A stretch of DNA of 64,000 nucleotides from Gemmatimonadota bacterium (GCA_025358055.1 JANYKV010000087.1:12797-76796); one strand, 5' to 3'; shown: positions 19,260 through 29,202, counted from the stretch's first letter. The notes: generated from the sequence alone by a model not told the origin. A program made the numbers and translations.

Positions 19260-19565
19260 CTACGCCCATTTCTTTCCGATAGCATCGAGGTTCGACCGGC
19301 CCAGGTCTTCAGGGGTCATTGCAATTCGAAATTCGACCTCTGCATTGAACGTGAGGAACCACGGTTCGGCCAGAGCTGGAACATCTGAGGAGTCCTTCAC
19401 GTTGACCACGAGGGTGCCACCACGCCGACCGTGGTGTTCCGAAAAGTAGGCGGCTTCCGGCTTGATGCTTTCAAGGATTCGTTGAATCTTCTCTCCGACG
19501 GTTCCATTGCGAACGGCGGAATTAAAGGGCTCGAGCGGGAATTGGACGTGCATTAACATGCGCAT
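19260..19565 (-). CDS. Small conserved protein (DUF3303/GYD-like)
   Basis: KPEAAYF..GRRGG..V...PALAEPWFLTFNAEVEF..AMTPEDL; GGAGG RBS. Confidence 0.8.
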   Translation of the reverse strand: MRMLMHVQFPLEPFNSAVRNGTVGEKIQRILESIKPEAAYFSEHHGRRGGTLVVNVKDSSDVPALAEPWFLTFNAEVEFRIAMTPEDLGRSNLDAIGKKWA

Positions 19566-19665
19566 TGGTGGCCTCCAAGACAGGCTGGGTGGGGTTTGCG
19601 AACGAGCAGTGGCAATCAATATAGAGCGCGGCCGCGGCGGCGGTTAGTGTAGGTACGGCCGTGAA

Positions 19666-20199
19666 TCATGGCGGCAGTTGGGTCCACATCTGGCGGATGA
19701 TCCGCCACTTTCCGCTCGAGTCAGGAGCCACCAGCACAAGGTCAGTCGACCGGCTGGTTTGAGCGGTTTCCTTCCCGTCTTTCTGATACACCCATCCCAG
19801 TGTGGCTGTTCCCCGAAAGAAGGCTAGATCGAGCGTCCCGTCGATCTCGGTGATCTCACGAGTAAAACCGGTGATGCGCGTATGGGACCCGTCCGGCGGC
19901 CACCAGTAGGCCCGAATTGCTGAGAGCCCTTCCACCGGGGTCGCGCCGGGTGGGAGAAGAATCGCTCGGGGATGGAACAACCGGAGGACCGCCGCGGTGT
20001 CATCACGAAGCCACGCCTGCACGAACGCCGTGTCGAGGGCACCAATGGCAGCTCGATTGGTCTCGGACAAGGTCCGTGAAACGGCTGGTCGCTCGGGCCC
20101 GCACGTGGCAAGACTCAGCGAGAAAATCACCAGTGTGAGAAGGAGGGGGGCACCATTCCGCTGCATGGCGCGGGACCCGGTTAAATCGCGGACCTTCAT
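19666..20199 (-). CDS. DUF4440/SnoaL (NTF2-like) exported protein
   Basis: Signal/lipobox-like segment, AILLPPG..PVEG..AIRAYW, GKWRIIRQMW; AGGAG RBS. Confidence 0.78.
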   Translation of the reverse strand: MKVRDLTGSRAMQRNGAPLLLTLVIFSLSLATCGPERPAVSRTLSETNRAAIGALDTAFVQAWLRDDTAAVLRLFHPRAILLPPGATPVEGLSAIRAYWWPPDGSHTRITGFTREITEIDGTLDLAFFRGTATLGWVYQKDGKETAQTSRSTDLVLVAPDSSGKWRIIRQMWTQLPP

Positions 20200-20269
20200 T
20201 GTGGGGTCTCCTTTGCGTAGGGGCAAGAGTTCTCGTGTCCCGAGGTCGTCCAATGCTGACGCGCCTGCG

Positions 20270-20722
20270 TCAGCGAGAGCCTTTCAACATTACACCTAGT
20301 CGGAGAGGGGCAAGATCCGGTTCCACCCAATTGGCACGAGCTTGCTCGGTGAACAAAGTATCCCTGGTGTAGAATTGCTGAAGAACGTCTTTGCCGGCGA
20401 GCGGGCTTGCCACCAGCCTCACGATCCGTGCCTCTAACGTCAGGTGTGCGGGGCAAGTGTCGAGAAACTCGGACAAGAGGTGGACATACGCGCGCGTAAT
20501 CGTTTCATGGTAGCCCTGCGTCGCAGAGTTTGGCGTTCCATGCGTTTGGTTCAACCGGCGAATGCCATTCCGCAGGCGTGTCAGGGCTTCCGCCGAACCG
20601 TACCGAGCAACATGCCATATGCCGACCGATAAGTGTGCGGAGTGCGTCCATTCGTCCCGACGCAGAGTGCATCGAGCGAAACGATCGACGAAATCATCGA
20701 GATCCCCGAAGAACGCGGGCAT
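20270..20722 (-). CDS. Conserved hypothetical protein
   Basis: EWTHSAHL...GYHETIT..Y...ARANWVEPDL; GGAGG RBS. Confidence 0.75.
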   Translation of the reverse strand: MPAFFGDLDDFVDRFARCTLRRDEWTHSAHLSVGIWHVARYGSAEALTRLRNGIRRLNQTHGTPNSATQGYHETITRAYVHLLSEFLDTCPAHLTLEARIVRLVASPLAGKDVLQQFYTRDTLFTEQARANWVEPDLAPLRLGVMLKGSR

Positions 20723-20862
20723 TGTCCTCCAACGATTCACGGCCCGCAAGCCGGCGACGGCTTGACGGATACGAGAACGGGAGAGGCCACCGCTTGGACC
20801 AGCGGCAACAGGTGAAACAAGGTCGGCATCAGTGATTCCGTGGGGTTGGTCTCAAGAGTGTG

Positions 20863-20898
20863 GGAGAACGCTGGCGTCAGCTGCACGCATCATTAGAC
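20863..20898 (-). mobile_element. Collapsed attC-like remnant
   Basis: Minus strand reads GTCTAAT-GATGCGTGCAGCTGACGCCAGC-GTTCTCC: degenerate R'' and R' boxes around a TGCAGCTGAC core. Confidence 0.4.
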
Positions 20899-21031
20899 GG
20901 CGGATTCCGACAAACCCCGGTTGGAACCGAGCGGTCTCGGCGGTTGATCGGGGTGCCATCCGAAATCTGGTGCCCCGGACTCCGGCAATACCGGGCCCGC
21001 GTTCTAGGCCCCTGGCCTGGGTCGAGCCCGG

Positions 21032-21283
21032 CTAGGCGGACTTCACCAAGCGGATGAGGTAGAGGAGCAACAGTGCGCCGACCACGGCGGTGACCAAGCT
21101 ACCCACGACCCCATAGGTAGCGATGCCCAAGAGACCGAACACCCAGCCGCCGAGGAAGGCGCCGACCACGCCGACGACAAGATCGCCGAGCACACCGAAG
21201 CCGCCTCCCTTCATGATCTTACCAGCCAGCCAGCCGGCGAGAATGCCGATACATAGAAAGAGAATGATGCTCTGTGTGGCCAT
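21032..21283 (-). CDS. GlsB/YeaQ/YmgE family membrane protein
   Basis: GILAGWLAG..MKGGGFG..GDLVVGVVGAFLGG. Confidence 0.92.
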   Translation of the reverse strand: MATQSIILFLCIGILAGWLAGKIMKGGGFGVLGDLVVGVVGAFLGGWVFGLLGIATYGVVGSLVTAVVGALLLLYLIRLVKSA

Positions 21284-21487
21284 CGGAGGCTCGCTGGATT
21301 GGAGGAAGAGAGAGATCTCACCGGCCGGTACGAGCCGGGTTCCGATCTAGATGTACGGGGATTTTCCAGGAGACGCAAGGGGTCTCCCAAGGCCGCTGTA
21401 CGCCATTCTAGGCGGCCCCGAGCCCGCGCCACGGCTCCATTTGATTCCCACCACCATCCAGTCCGGCTCGACCTCGCCTCAAGGTAT

Positions 21488-22333
21488 CTAGGCGCCGAGC
21501 CGGCCGGCCAAATCATTGAAGTCTGTCGCCGAAATGTCAACCGACGAATCGGCCCTCAAGTCAGGCGTTCCAGTCGGCCCATACTCCAATGGCCGGGCGA
21601 CGAACGCCGTCTTCAGCCCCGCGCCTTTCGCGGCGCGCAGATCGCCGGAGTGGGCCGCTACCATCATAACGTTCGCCGGCTTGAGGTCAAGAATGTCCGC
21701 GGCGGACTGATAGACTTCGCGATCGGGCTTGTAGTGACGAACGAGCTCGGCGCCCAGAACGCAATCCCAGGGCAACCCCGCGTGTTTCGCCATGTCCGTG
21801 ATCAGCGAGATGTTGCCGTTCGAGAGGGGCGCGATGATGAATTTCTGCTTCAACCGGGTGAGTCCACCAACCGCGTCGGGCCATGGTCGCAACCGATGCC
21901 AGACGTGATTGAGCGCCTCGATTTCGGCCTCTGAAAGCCCGGCGATGCCAAAGTCGACCAACATCTTGTCGAGGGTCATCCGATGGAGGGCATCGAGCTT
22001 GGTCCACGGCAGCTCACCACTTCGGACGCGGTTCATGCTCGGGCCGTACCCGGCGCGCCAGGCATCGGCGAACTTCGCCCCGTCCACCTTCAGGCCCTTC
22101 CGTTTCGCTAACGCCTCCACTTCCAGCGTCACCGATGTGCGCCAGTCGACGACGGTGCCGAAGACGTCAAAAACGAGCGCCTTAACCGATGGTAGTTGAG
22201 GTTTCGACCGCTCGCCGCTCGGTGCGCTGCCGGACCTCATCGCGCGGCCGCCGCGAAACTCCGAGCCGACCGCCGCGAGGGCGCTGGCCTGCAGAAGCGC
22301 TCGGCGTGAAACTGTTGCGAACCCACGGGTCAT
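21488..22333 (-). CDS. Haloacid dehalogenase type II with Tat signal
   Basis: SRRALLQ Tat motif; FDVFGTVVDW, LSNGN, YKP, MVAAH..DL; GGAGG RBS. Confidence 0.88.
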   Translation of the reverse strand: MTRGFATVSRRALLQASALAAVGSEFRGGRAMRSGSAPSGERSKPQLPSVKALVFDVFGTVVDWRTSVTLEVEALAKRKGLKVDGAKFADAWRAGYGPSMNRVRSGELPWTKLDALHRMTLDKMLVDFGIAGLSEAEIEALNHVWHRLRPWPDAVGGLTRLKQKFIIAPLSNGNISLITDMAKHAGLPWDCVLGAELVRHYKPDREVYQSAADILDLKPANVMMVAAHSGDLRAAKGAGLKTAFVARPLEYGPTGTPDLRADSSVDISATDFNDLAGRLGA

Positions 22334-22419
22334 GATTCCTCCGGTTCACCCGACTCCCGAACCGTGCGGCTCGGTCGGCGATCGAATGGTGCGTCACGCG
22401 TGCGGCGCCTCGCCACCCT

Positions 22420-22968
22420 TCACGCGAGAAGCGGGAAATAGCGGTCCTGTAGCAAGCGCACATGATGCAGCTCATGACCGGCAATGTGAAACGCCAACCC
22501 GCGGGCCGTTGCCCGGTAGCCGTTCACTTCGCCGGACCGAGTCCACTGCGCCGGCGAAAACCCGCGGAAGAGCGCCACGGATGCTGCGCGGACTGCCCTG
22601 TAGTCACAGAGAATCTCCCGCCAAGGACGCATTTCCGCCTCGGCGTTTGTCGCATAGAGCTTCTCGTCAAAACCCGGCAGTGACTGAGCCTCACCTCGCG
22701 CAAGACACAGAGCCCGGTAGGCAAAGATCCGCTCATCGTCGACCACGTGCCCGATAACGTCTTTCAGCGTCCACTTGGATGGGGCGTACCGGATGCCCTC
22801 CAGCCGCGCCTCCGGCAGAGCCTGCAAGAGTGTCAGCGTTTGGTCGGCGAGGGCCTCGAACACAGACACCGCATCAACCCCCTGCACCTGTTCGATATCG
22901 GCCTGAGCGTAGTCCGCATACTCACCAGGTAGGGGACGACCCGAGGGGTGGTTCAGCGCGTGGGCCAA
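22420..22968 (-). CDS. DinB family protein
   Basis: RP..GEYADY, YAPSKWTLKDVIGHVVDDERIFAYRAL, LPGFDE, IAGHELHH; TTG 22968 with GAGG RBS. Confidence 0.85.
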   Translation of the reverse strand: MAHALNHPSGRPLPGEYADYAQADIEQVQGVDAVSVFEALADQTLTLLQALPEARLEGIRYAPSKWTLKDVIGHVVDDERIFAYRALCLARGEAQSLPGFDEKLYATNAEAEMRPWREILCDYRAVRAASVALFRGFSPAQWTRSGEVNGYRATARGLAFHIAGHELHHVRLLQDRYFPLLA

Positions 22969-23179
22969 TGGATACCTCGGACTCGCCAAAGGGTGAGCTT
23001 GCCCCCAACCGGAGACAATTATAAGCAGAAGGTGTGCACCTCCTGCCTCCGTTGTTCCGTGACCAGCGCAGGGCATTACCGCGCCGTCCCCGGCCGTTCC
23101 GATGATCGCGTTCGCCGAACCGTTGTCGGTCCGTCGCCTCACACCGGCCTCACGATGGCTGGGCAGGATCCATGACCCC

Positions 23180-23989
23180 TTACGACACGGTGAACTCGAG
23201 GACCATCCCGTGTTCGTAGTGGCGGCGGCCATCGCTGGCGGCAGGGACCTGGCAGAGAATGAAGTAACGCCCAGGTTTCAGGTCGACGGCCAGCCACAGT
23301 TCCCGCCCCGGCGCGAGGTCTCCCACGCCACCGACGGGATCAACCGGTGGCCGACCGACCTCACCGCCTTTAAGCCACGCGAGATAGTCCTGAATCGTGG
23401 TCGTGTCGGTGAGGCGGAAGATGTCCGCCTCGTGGGGCTCGGCCCCGTCGTTCCGGATGTGGAGGATCTGAGGACCGGCAAGCAGCGGGGCCGCAAGGCG
23501 GAAGCTATAGTCCCGGAGGGAAAGGTCCGCCGTTGCAGCTGGCGGTAGCGCGCTCGGCCCCGTCGCGGCCGTCACTTCGAGGTCATGGGCCATCCCCAGT
23601 CGCAGGTGGTCCCCTTTCCAACAGACCACGGCATACCGTCCTAGGCTCAAGGCGAGCCAGACCGTCGTCGAGCGGCCGGCCGGAGTCAGGCCCGGGCCGC
23701 CCTGGTCCGTGGCGAAGGAAGGAAAGTCCACCTGGGCCCGCACGCTGTCGACGTAGGAGCCTGCACTCCCGCGAGGGTCAGCGAAGCGGACGAGCAGAGC
23801 CTCATGGACGTCGCGCCCCTGGTTCCGGAGCTCCAGGCGGACCAGGCCGGCCGGCACGGATGCGGGCATCTCGTACCCATACTCGTGGGCGACCAGCGTA
23901 ATGTTCGACGGGGAAGGGGGAGTCGGCCGACAGGCTAGGATGGCCCCCGCGAGGGCCAGGCCCCTGGCACCCCGGAACACGCGAGTCAT
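23180..23989 (-). CDS. Lipoprotein with two cupredoxin-like domains
   Basis: ILAC lipobox; each half has N-x-G-x3-H and GRY..C...H..GM type-1 copper ligand sets. Confidence 0.7.
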   Translation of the reverse strand: MTRVFRGARGLALAGAILACRPTPPSPSNITLVAHEYGYEMPASVPAGLVRLELRNQGRDVHEALLVRFADPRGSAGSYVDSVRAQVDFPSFATDQGGPGLTPAGRSTTVWLALSLGRYAVVCWKGDHLRLGMAHDLEVTAATGPSALPPAATADLSLRDYSFRLAAPLLAGPQILHIRNDGAEPHEADIFRLTDTTTIQDYLAWLKGGEVGRPPVDPVGGVGDLAPGRELWLAVDLKPGRYFILCQVPAASDGRRHYEHGMVLEFTVS

Positions 23990-24033
23990 AAGCGGTCCAT
24001 TGGATTCAGGGCTCAGAGAGAAAATTGAGAATT

Positions 24034-24350
24034 TCACGCACCAGGCGCTCGCCTTGCGCCGTAGCGAAGATAAACTGTGCCTGCGCGGCGCCCGGCAAGA
24101 TCGATCGCGATCACACGAAACCCCGCGTGAACCAACACGTAAGCTTGGTCGCCCCAACTCGCCTTATCGAAGCGACCACCATGGGCCGACACGACGCCAC
24201 GCGGCCCCGTTCCATACTGATCCGCCGAAACGACACCCCCACCGGCGGTTGGGATCGACACCCTTTGCTGAGCGTGCAACGGGGGACGTCGACAATCGGG
24301 GCCGCGCCAAGCACAGCGACGATTCCCAAGCTGGTCGCGATATACCGCAC
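24034..24350 (-). pseudogene. Alpha/beta hydrolase gene fragment
   Basis: GVVSAHGGRFDKASW..QA..LV.AGFRVIAID in one frame, a signal-peptide-like start in another frame, no C-terminal half. Confidence 0.6.
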
Positions 24351-24352
24351 GC

Positions 24353-24637
24353 TCAGAGTTCCTTGACCTCCACGCGGTCGGCGATGCGCGCGCGCGGATT
24401 CTGCATGATTGCTTTAGCCGGGCCATCCCAGATCCGCTGCATTGTGCGCAGGAAATCCTCCGCCGGACCAATGCCCTCGAACTCCAGGTCGATCATGACG
24501 TAGTTGGGGTCGTCCTGGAGACGAAGGACCTGGTAGCGCCGCACCCCGGAACCCTTTCGGTCGGCCGGATCATTGTCGAACGCCTGTTTCCATTTCTCGA
24601 AATTCGGAACGGAGTGTTCGATCCTGACGACAATCAT
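24353..24637 (-). CDS. Small ferredoxin-like fold (ABM/cyclase-like) protein
   Basis: RIEHSVPNFEKWKQAFDNDPADR..SGVRRY...DDPNYVMIDLEF. Confidence 0.8.
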   Translation of the reverse strand: MIVVRIEHSVPNFEKWKQAFDNDPADRKGSGVRRYQVLRLQDDPNYVMIDLEFEGIGPAEDFLRTMQRIWDGPAKAIMQNPRARIADRVEVKEL

Positions 24638-24688
24638 CCCAATCCCTTTCGGCTCAGCCGTCCGCTCTCAGGTTACGCTACCCACATA

Positions 24689-24916
24689 TCATGCGCCGCG
24701 AAGGCCAAAGGCATCAGTCACCGAGGGCACCGCACTACTTGCGCGTTTCGGAGCCGCGGACTTCGCTCGTCTTCGGGCTGAAGTACGCTTCCAAGGCGGC
24801 GGTCGGTAGCAACCCACAGATCTTCGGCGGCGGAGTCGCCTGGGCGTATGTGGGGTTTCCCATCCCTGCAAGCGGAGACCGAGTGCGACAATTGTGACGA
24901 TGGAGAGCGCTCTCAT
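24689..24916 (-). pseudogene. Probable frameshifted secreted-protein fragment
   Basis: AAGGAG RBS and signal-like MRALSIVTIVALG; protein-like YAQATPPPKICGLLPTAALEAYF continues in another frame. Confidence 0.35.
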
Positions 24917-25072
24917 TGGGGGATTCTCCTTCGGTCGAGCGCTCCGGTCAGGTGCACGACTCAGGTGATTGCGAGGCCCCGAAGGGCTCCGACTTATGTG
25001 ATGGGCCCGGTTTGCTTCGTCGGTCCTTCGGGCTTTCTCCCAAGGACAGAAGGGCGACCCCGTAGGGTCTGA

Positions 25073-25501
25073 TTAGGGAGCGCCCTTCCGTTGAGCAAGC
25101 CATCCGTCGACGCTGAGCGGACCGGCTCCCCATGCCGCAAAAACCAGCCAAATGAAGGAGTAGAGCATCACTATCTCGCCATGATTCTGCCACCACCAGA
25201 TCCCGCCGCCCGCCACGTGGACCCAAAAGTAGGCCACGGCCATCTCGCCGGACGCAATGAACGCCATCAGTTGGGTAGCCAAGCCAAGAATCAGGCAGGC
25301 GCCGACGACCACTTCGATGACACCCGCGGCGCCAAAGCGGCTCATGAGATCGACCGTCCCGCCGTTCGGCCCCATGCCGCCGAACCAACCGAAGAGCTTC
25401 GCGCCGCCGTGCGAGAAGTAGGTCAGGCCGGCGACAATACGGAGGGCGGCTTGGGTCGCCGGCAGGTTGCGGCTGTTCAAGGGAGCAATCAAGGTCTCCA
25501 C
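25073..25501 (-). CDS. DoxX family membrane protein
   Basis: LRIVAG...HGGAKLFG, AGVIE, AFIASGEMAVAYF, GAGPLSVD. Confidence 0.9.
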   Translation of the reverse strand: METLIAPLNSRNLPATQAALRIVAGLTYFSHGGAKLFGWFGGMGPNGGTVDLMSRFGAAGVIEVVVGACLILGLATQLMAFIASGEMAVAYFWVHVAGGGIWWWQNHGEIVMLYSFIWLVFAAWGAGPLSVDGWLAQRKGAP

Positions 25502-25635
25502 CTCATTGGAAGTTTGGGGAAGAGAGATTGTAGCTCAGCAGGGGTGGTTGGCAAGTGCCAGCCGGCCGGTATGAGCTCTCCGAACGTGAGTCGATATCCA
25601 TCCGGCGTGCGGATGGGCGATGCGGCGACGATCCC

Positions 25636-25968
25636 TTAAGGGCGGCGGCGGCGACGCGCTGGTGCGGCTGGTTCAGGGACGAACTGAATATTGATCGCCA
25701 GAAGGTCGCGCTCGAACCAGGCGACCAATCGACCGGTGAACTTTTCGGCCAGATAGAACAGGTCGTTCGGGGTCTTCGGCTGCACATGAGCAACCAAGAC
25801 GCCGGCGGCGTTGGCGATCGTGATGTGGCCTCCCTTGGGCCGTTGCACATGCTTGAGACGGGTCCGGGCCTTGTTGCCCCATTCCCAGGTACTGGCATCG
25901 CGAATGCGCGCGCGGAGGAGCCGATACGCATCGCGGCCAGGAGCGGGGACGGCTTGGAGCACGAGCAT
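25636..25968 (-). CDS. Hypothetical protein
   Basis: 110 aa with GAGAGG RBS and protein-like composition (TWEW..K..TRLKH...EKFTGRLVAWF). Confidence 0.65.
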   Translation of the reverse strand: MLVLQAVPAPGRDAYRLLRARIRDASTWEWGNKARTRLKHVQRPKGGHITIANAAGVLVAHVQPKTPNDLFYLAEKFTGRLVAWFERDLLAINIQFVPEPAAPARRRRRP

Positions 25969-26000
25969 GGGCTACCTCTCGGTTCGAGGATCGATTGTCG

Positions 26001-26026
26001 GCCGACACTGCGCTTAACCTGCGGCC
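26001..26026 (-). mobile_element. attC-like right-arm remnant
   Basis: Minus strand GGCCGCAGGTTAAGCGCAGTGTCGGC (L' box and R' lacking one T), about 30 bp before ATG 25968. Confidence 0.4.
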
Positions 26027-26070
26027 TCCGGCAGCGGCAGGCAAGAAGAGCTAATCCCGTGAACCGCCGG

Positions 26071-26526
26071 TTAGCCAGGCCCGACGCCCACCGGTTGCCT
26101 CCTAAGGAAGGAGAGAAGACCTCGGATCCAGCGATACAGGAACCAGATCCCTCCGAGAGCCCAGAGGGCGATGGCCGCGATCGCGAAGCCTTCGCGCTGC
26201 AGCCAGGAACCAAGGAACAAGCAGGTGACGCCGGCCACAGCCGCCAAGAGGAGGCCGAGGAAGGATCGGATCAGCCAGAGGAACTGGGACCCGATCCAGA
26301 TTTCGTCATGCGTGGCACGCGAGAACAGGAAGCCGAGGAATAGACCGAAGGGAAGGAGCCAGCCGTACCGGAGGAAGGACCGTGGGTTGAGGGGCCCGAG
26401 GGTGGGGAGGCCGACAGCCTGCCCGATCCAGAGGAGCATCACGAGGATGCCACAGAGATAGGTGGCGGAGATCACGAGAATGGCAAGGCGAGAAGATGAG
26501 TTCGGTCGTGAACGCTCGTCAGACAT
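26071..26526 (-). CDS. Membrane protein (DUF4870-like)
   Basis: WIGSQFLWLIRSF...WFLYRWIRGL with TM segments. Confidence 0.65.
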   Translation of the reverse strand: MSDERSRPNSSSRLAILVISATYLCGILVMLLWIGQAVGLPTLGPLNPRSFLRYGWLLPFGLFLGFLFSRATHDEIWIGSQFLWLIRSFLGLLLAAVAGVTCLFLGSWLQREGFAIAAIALWALGGIWFLYRWIRGLLSFLRRQPVGVGPG

Positions 26527-26675
26527 GCTTGGAATCTCGGACCGACGCATTTTCGGGGCGTACCACCCCTATATGCTTCAAGATGAGCCTAGCCGTCGGT
26601 TCTGCCTCCCACTCGCCAGTATTCAGTTTCAAGAGGCTTGGCATGCGATCACGGACCAAGGCTTGGGCCGCTCCT

Positions 26676-27044
26676 TCAGGCGACCATGCGACGGGGCCAA
26701 CGAGCCACGCCGATGACGACGACGAGCGCGAGGTGCACGGCGGCGGCGAACCACCCCCCCGCGCCGGGGTGTTTCAGTTGCGTGACGACGGCGCCGACCA
26801 TGATGATGGCGAGGCCGCCGGCGGCGTAGGAGGCCAGGCGCGGGAACAGGAGTAGGATGGCGCCCACGACTTCGGCCGCGCCGACCAGGTACGAGAGGGC
26901 CACCGGGTAGCCCCACTCTACGAATAGACTCTGCCAGTGACTCCCGACGAATTTCCCGCCGCCCGCGGCGCCCATGGCGAGCGCCTCGAAGATGATGACC
27001 AGCCAGAGGGCGGTAGTCGCGATGCGGCGTCCGGCGCTGCTCAT
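26676..27044 (-). CDS. DoxX-like family protein
   Basis: AGGGKF, FVEWGYP, GAAEVVGAILLLFPR, MVGAVVTQL. Confidence 0.85.
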   Translation of the reverse strand: MSSAGRRIATTALWLVIIFEALAMGAAGGGKFVGSHWQSLFVEWGYPVALSYLVGAAEVVGAILLLFPRLASYAAGGLAIIMVGAVVTQLKHPGAGGWFAAAVHLALVVVIGVARWPRRMVA

Positions 27045-27138
27045 GCGGGAATCTCCTGCGTTGCCGCCAGGTCATACCGGCGGTAGATTTACCTAAGGTC
27101 TACTGACATAACCCTACATTACTTCATATAAGGCGTCA

Positions 27139-27474
27139 ATGGCACTTCCCCGCCTCACGCACCTCCAGTTCCTTGCGGTCGCCCACCTCCTCAAAGGCCC
27201 GGCCCGCGGGCGGGCGCTCCGTGATGCCCTGCGAGACGGTGGTGTCCGCCAGAGTGGCCCCGCGTTCTACCAGTTCATGGCGGGGCTCGAGGACGCCGCG
27301 TTCGTCGAGGGCTGGTATGAGCAGCAGGTGGTCGAGGGCCAGATCATCAGGGAGCGGCACTATCGCATCGTCGCCGGTGGACGGAGGGCATGGCAGGAGT
27401 CGCGCGCCTTCTATACCGCGGCCTTTGCCGGGGTACCCCGTGGACTCGCGCGCGGCGGCGCCCGTGGCGCGTAA
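27139..27474 (+). CDS. PadR-family transcriptional regulator
   Basis: Winged HTH pattern QFL..L..G..LR..GPAFYQ..LE...VEG...RHYRI..GG. Confidence 0.75.
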   Translation: MALPRLTHLQFLAVAHLLKGPARGRALRDALRDGGVRQSGPAFYQFMAGLEDAAFVEGWYEQQVVEGQIIRERHYRIVAGGRRAWQESRAFYTAAFAGVPRGLARGGARGA

Positions 27475-27775
27475 CAGTTCCCTGCTCGACCTCGTCGCGC
27501 GCCTGCTTCCGCGAGAGTTCCGCGAGCGGGTCTTCGAACCCGCGGTGGCGGACTTCCGGCTCGACCTCGCCGCGCGGCCGGCGCCCGGCCGGCGGCTCGC
27601 ACTCGAACTCTGGATCGTCGCCGAATGCCTGCGGCTGGGGCTCCCGCAGTTCGCCTGGCGGCGAGGGCGACCCACGCGCCTCGCACACGGCGTGATGGTG
27701 ATGGCGCTCGTGCTCGCCGTGGTGTGGTTCGCGGTGATGCGCGCGAGCTACGCGCAGGGAATGCGGCGACCGTAA
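27464..27775 (+). CDS. Small membrane partner of PadR
   Basis: GTG overlaps the PadR stop; LLPREFRERVFEPAVAD and a C-terminal TM helix. Confidence 0.6.
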   Translation: MARNSSLLDLVARLLPREFRERVFEPAVADFRLDLAARPAPGRRLALELWIVAECLRLGLPQFAWRRGRPTRLAHGVMVMALVLAVVWFAVMRASYAQGMRRP

Positions 27776-27814
27776 CCGCTCAGTCGAGGAAGCGCTCCAA
27801 ATAAAATTGAATAC

Positions 27815-28819
27815 TCACCGTGCAAAGTGGCGAACCTCGACCTTCTCTCCAATTTCGATCGTCAGCAGGTCTTCTGGCCCTTGAAGCGGACCCGCATATG
27901 TTTTCCGCGTCTGGGTCATCACGGCTTCGGAGTTGGGAGCATGTGAGTAGACCGCCAGTCGAGGCTTGACACGGCTGAACACTTCACCGGCCTGCTCCGG
28001 CGTGGTGTGATGCGCGATGATGGATTCCATCCTTTCACGGTTGGCCGGGTAGGTCGGGCGAGCCCGAATCGCCACTGCATCTACGACTTCGTGAACGAGC
28101 ACATCGACGCCCTGCGCAAATCGGATCAAGTTCTCCGAGACTCGCGTATCTCCAGACAATACGACCGAATGGCCTCGATAATCGACTCGATAGCCAAACG
28201 CGGGTTGTACCGGACCATGATCGACAAGAAACGCGGTCACCTTCACACCGTGTTCGTCGAAGACGATGCCTTGCTTGATGTCGTGGCTTACCACCGTGAT
28301 ACCTTCACCCGGGAGTTTTTCGTCTACATCGCGGCGCACGTGAATGTCAAAAGCAAACGCCTGCTGGATGTGATCCATCATGTCGCGAGTGCCATCTGGC
28401 CCCCAGACCTCCAGCGGAATCGTTCGCCCGCCTCCGGCCCAACCAGTCAAAACGAGGTCCGGAATCTGGATTACATGGTCGGAATGCAGATGGGTCAGGA
28501 ACAATCGACTGATCGAACCGATCGGGACTCCAGCCTGGGTCAGGCGTTGGGTAGTGCCACGGCCGCAATCAAAAAGAAACCGTTCGCTTCCGGCCTCGAC
28601 CAGTATGCTTGCCCCGAATTGCTGCAGGTTGACCGGTGGTCCCCCACCCGTGCCAAGCAGGACGACCTTGAAGCTGTCTGCTGGCGCAGATTGAACGACG
28701 GCGCCGCCCCGCATGGACCCGGATCCGGCATCCGTCCACCTGACGCCTGCCTGGCTGGACCACTCAAGAGGGAGCGCGAGACACGCAACCGACACCGCGA
28801 AGAACAAGCCTTTGATCAT
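27815..28819 (-). CDS. Exported MBL-fold hydrolase (RNase Z/ElaC/AtsA-like)
   Basis: Signal peptide, LLGTGG, FDCG, THLHSDH, VDH, SGDT, LVHE, HHT, YSH. Confidence 0.88.
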   Translation of the reverse strand: MIKGLFFAVSVACLALPLEWSSQAGVRWTDAGSGSMRGGAVVQSAPADSFKVVLLGTGGGPPVNLQQFGASILVEAGSERFLFDCGRGTTQRLTQAGVPIGSISRLFLTHLHSDHVIQIPDLVLTGWAGGGRTIPLEVWGPDGTRDMMDHIQQAFAFDIHVRRDVDEKLPGEGITVVSHDIKQGIVFDEHGVKVTAFLVDHGPVQPAFGYRVDYRGHSVVLSGDTRVSENLIRFAQGVDVLVHEVVDAVAIRARPTYPANRERMESIIAHHTTPEQAGEVFSRVKPRLAVYSHAPNSEAVMTQTRKTYAGPLQGPEDLLTIEIGEKVEVRHFAR

Positions 28820-28881
28820 ATATTTGGCTCCCGCAGCCGCTCAGGGCCGCTACCGTATGGGTGGTGTGATTCTTCCGGTTG

Positions 28882-28977
28882 GCCGAACGAAGAAAGCTTA
28901 ACTGTGCCGCCCGTGTTAACCCGACGGCTCAGCTCACGATGCAATCTCCTGAATACCTAACCACTGCCAGCGGCACA
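28882..28977 (-). mobile_element. Partial attC-like site
   Basis: Minus strand ends GCGGCACAGTTAAGCTTTCTTC-GTTCGGC about 60 bp before ATG 28819; inner TGTGCCGC/GCGGCACA repeat is kept, outer left arm is lost. Confidence 0.45.
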
Positions 28978-29202
28978 ATGGGATGGCAATCGCCGAACTG
29001 CCGGGTCTGGCCTCTCCCAGGCAAGCCAAAGCGTTGCGTTTGGAGCCACCTTCGGCTCACACTGTCCCCGTCGGCGCCTCGCTTTCCAGTCCGTCTTTCG
29101 GGCGACAAACACCAGTTCACCGGGGTAGGTCGATCCGTTCTCGCGCCTGTCGTCACCGGCACAGAGGTGCTCACAAGATCGACGCGAACCAGCAGGTGCT
29201 CC

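Noticed and set aside
21321-25576. Shared CCGGCCGGTAYGAGC motif upstream of two membrane-protein genes (21321 and 25562)
   Set aside because: Only two short GC-rich copies at different distances from the start codons; compatible with chance.
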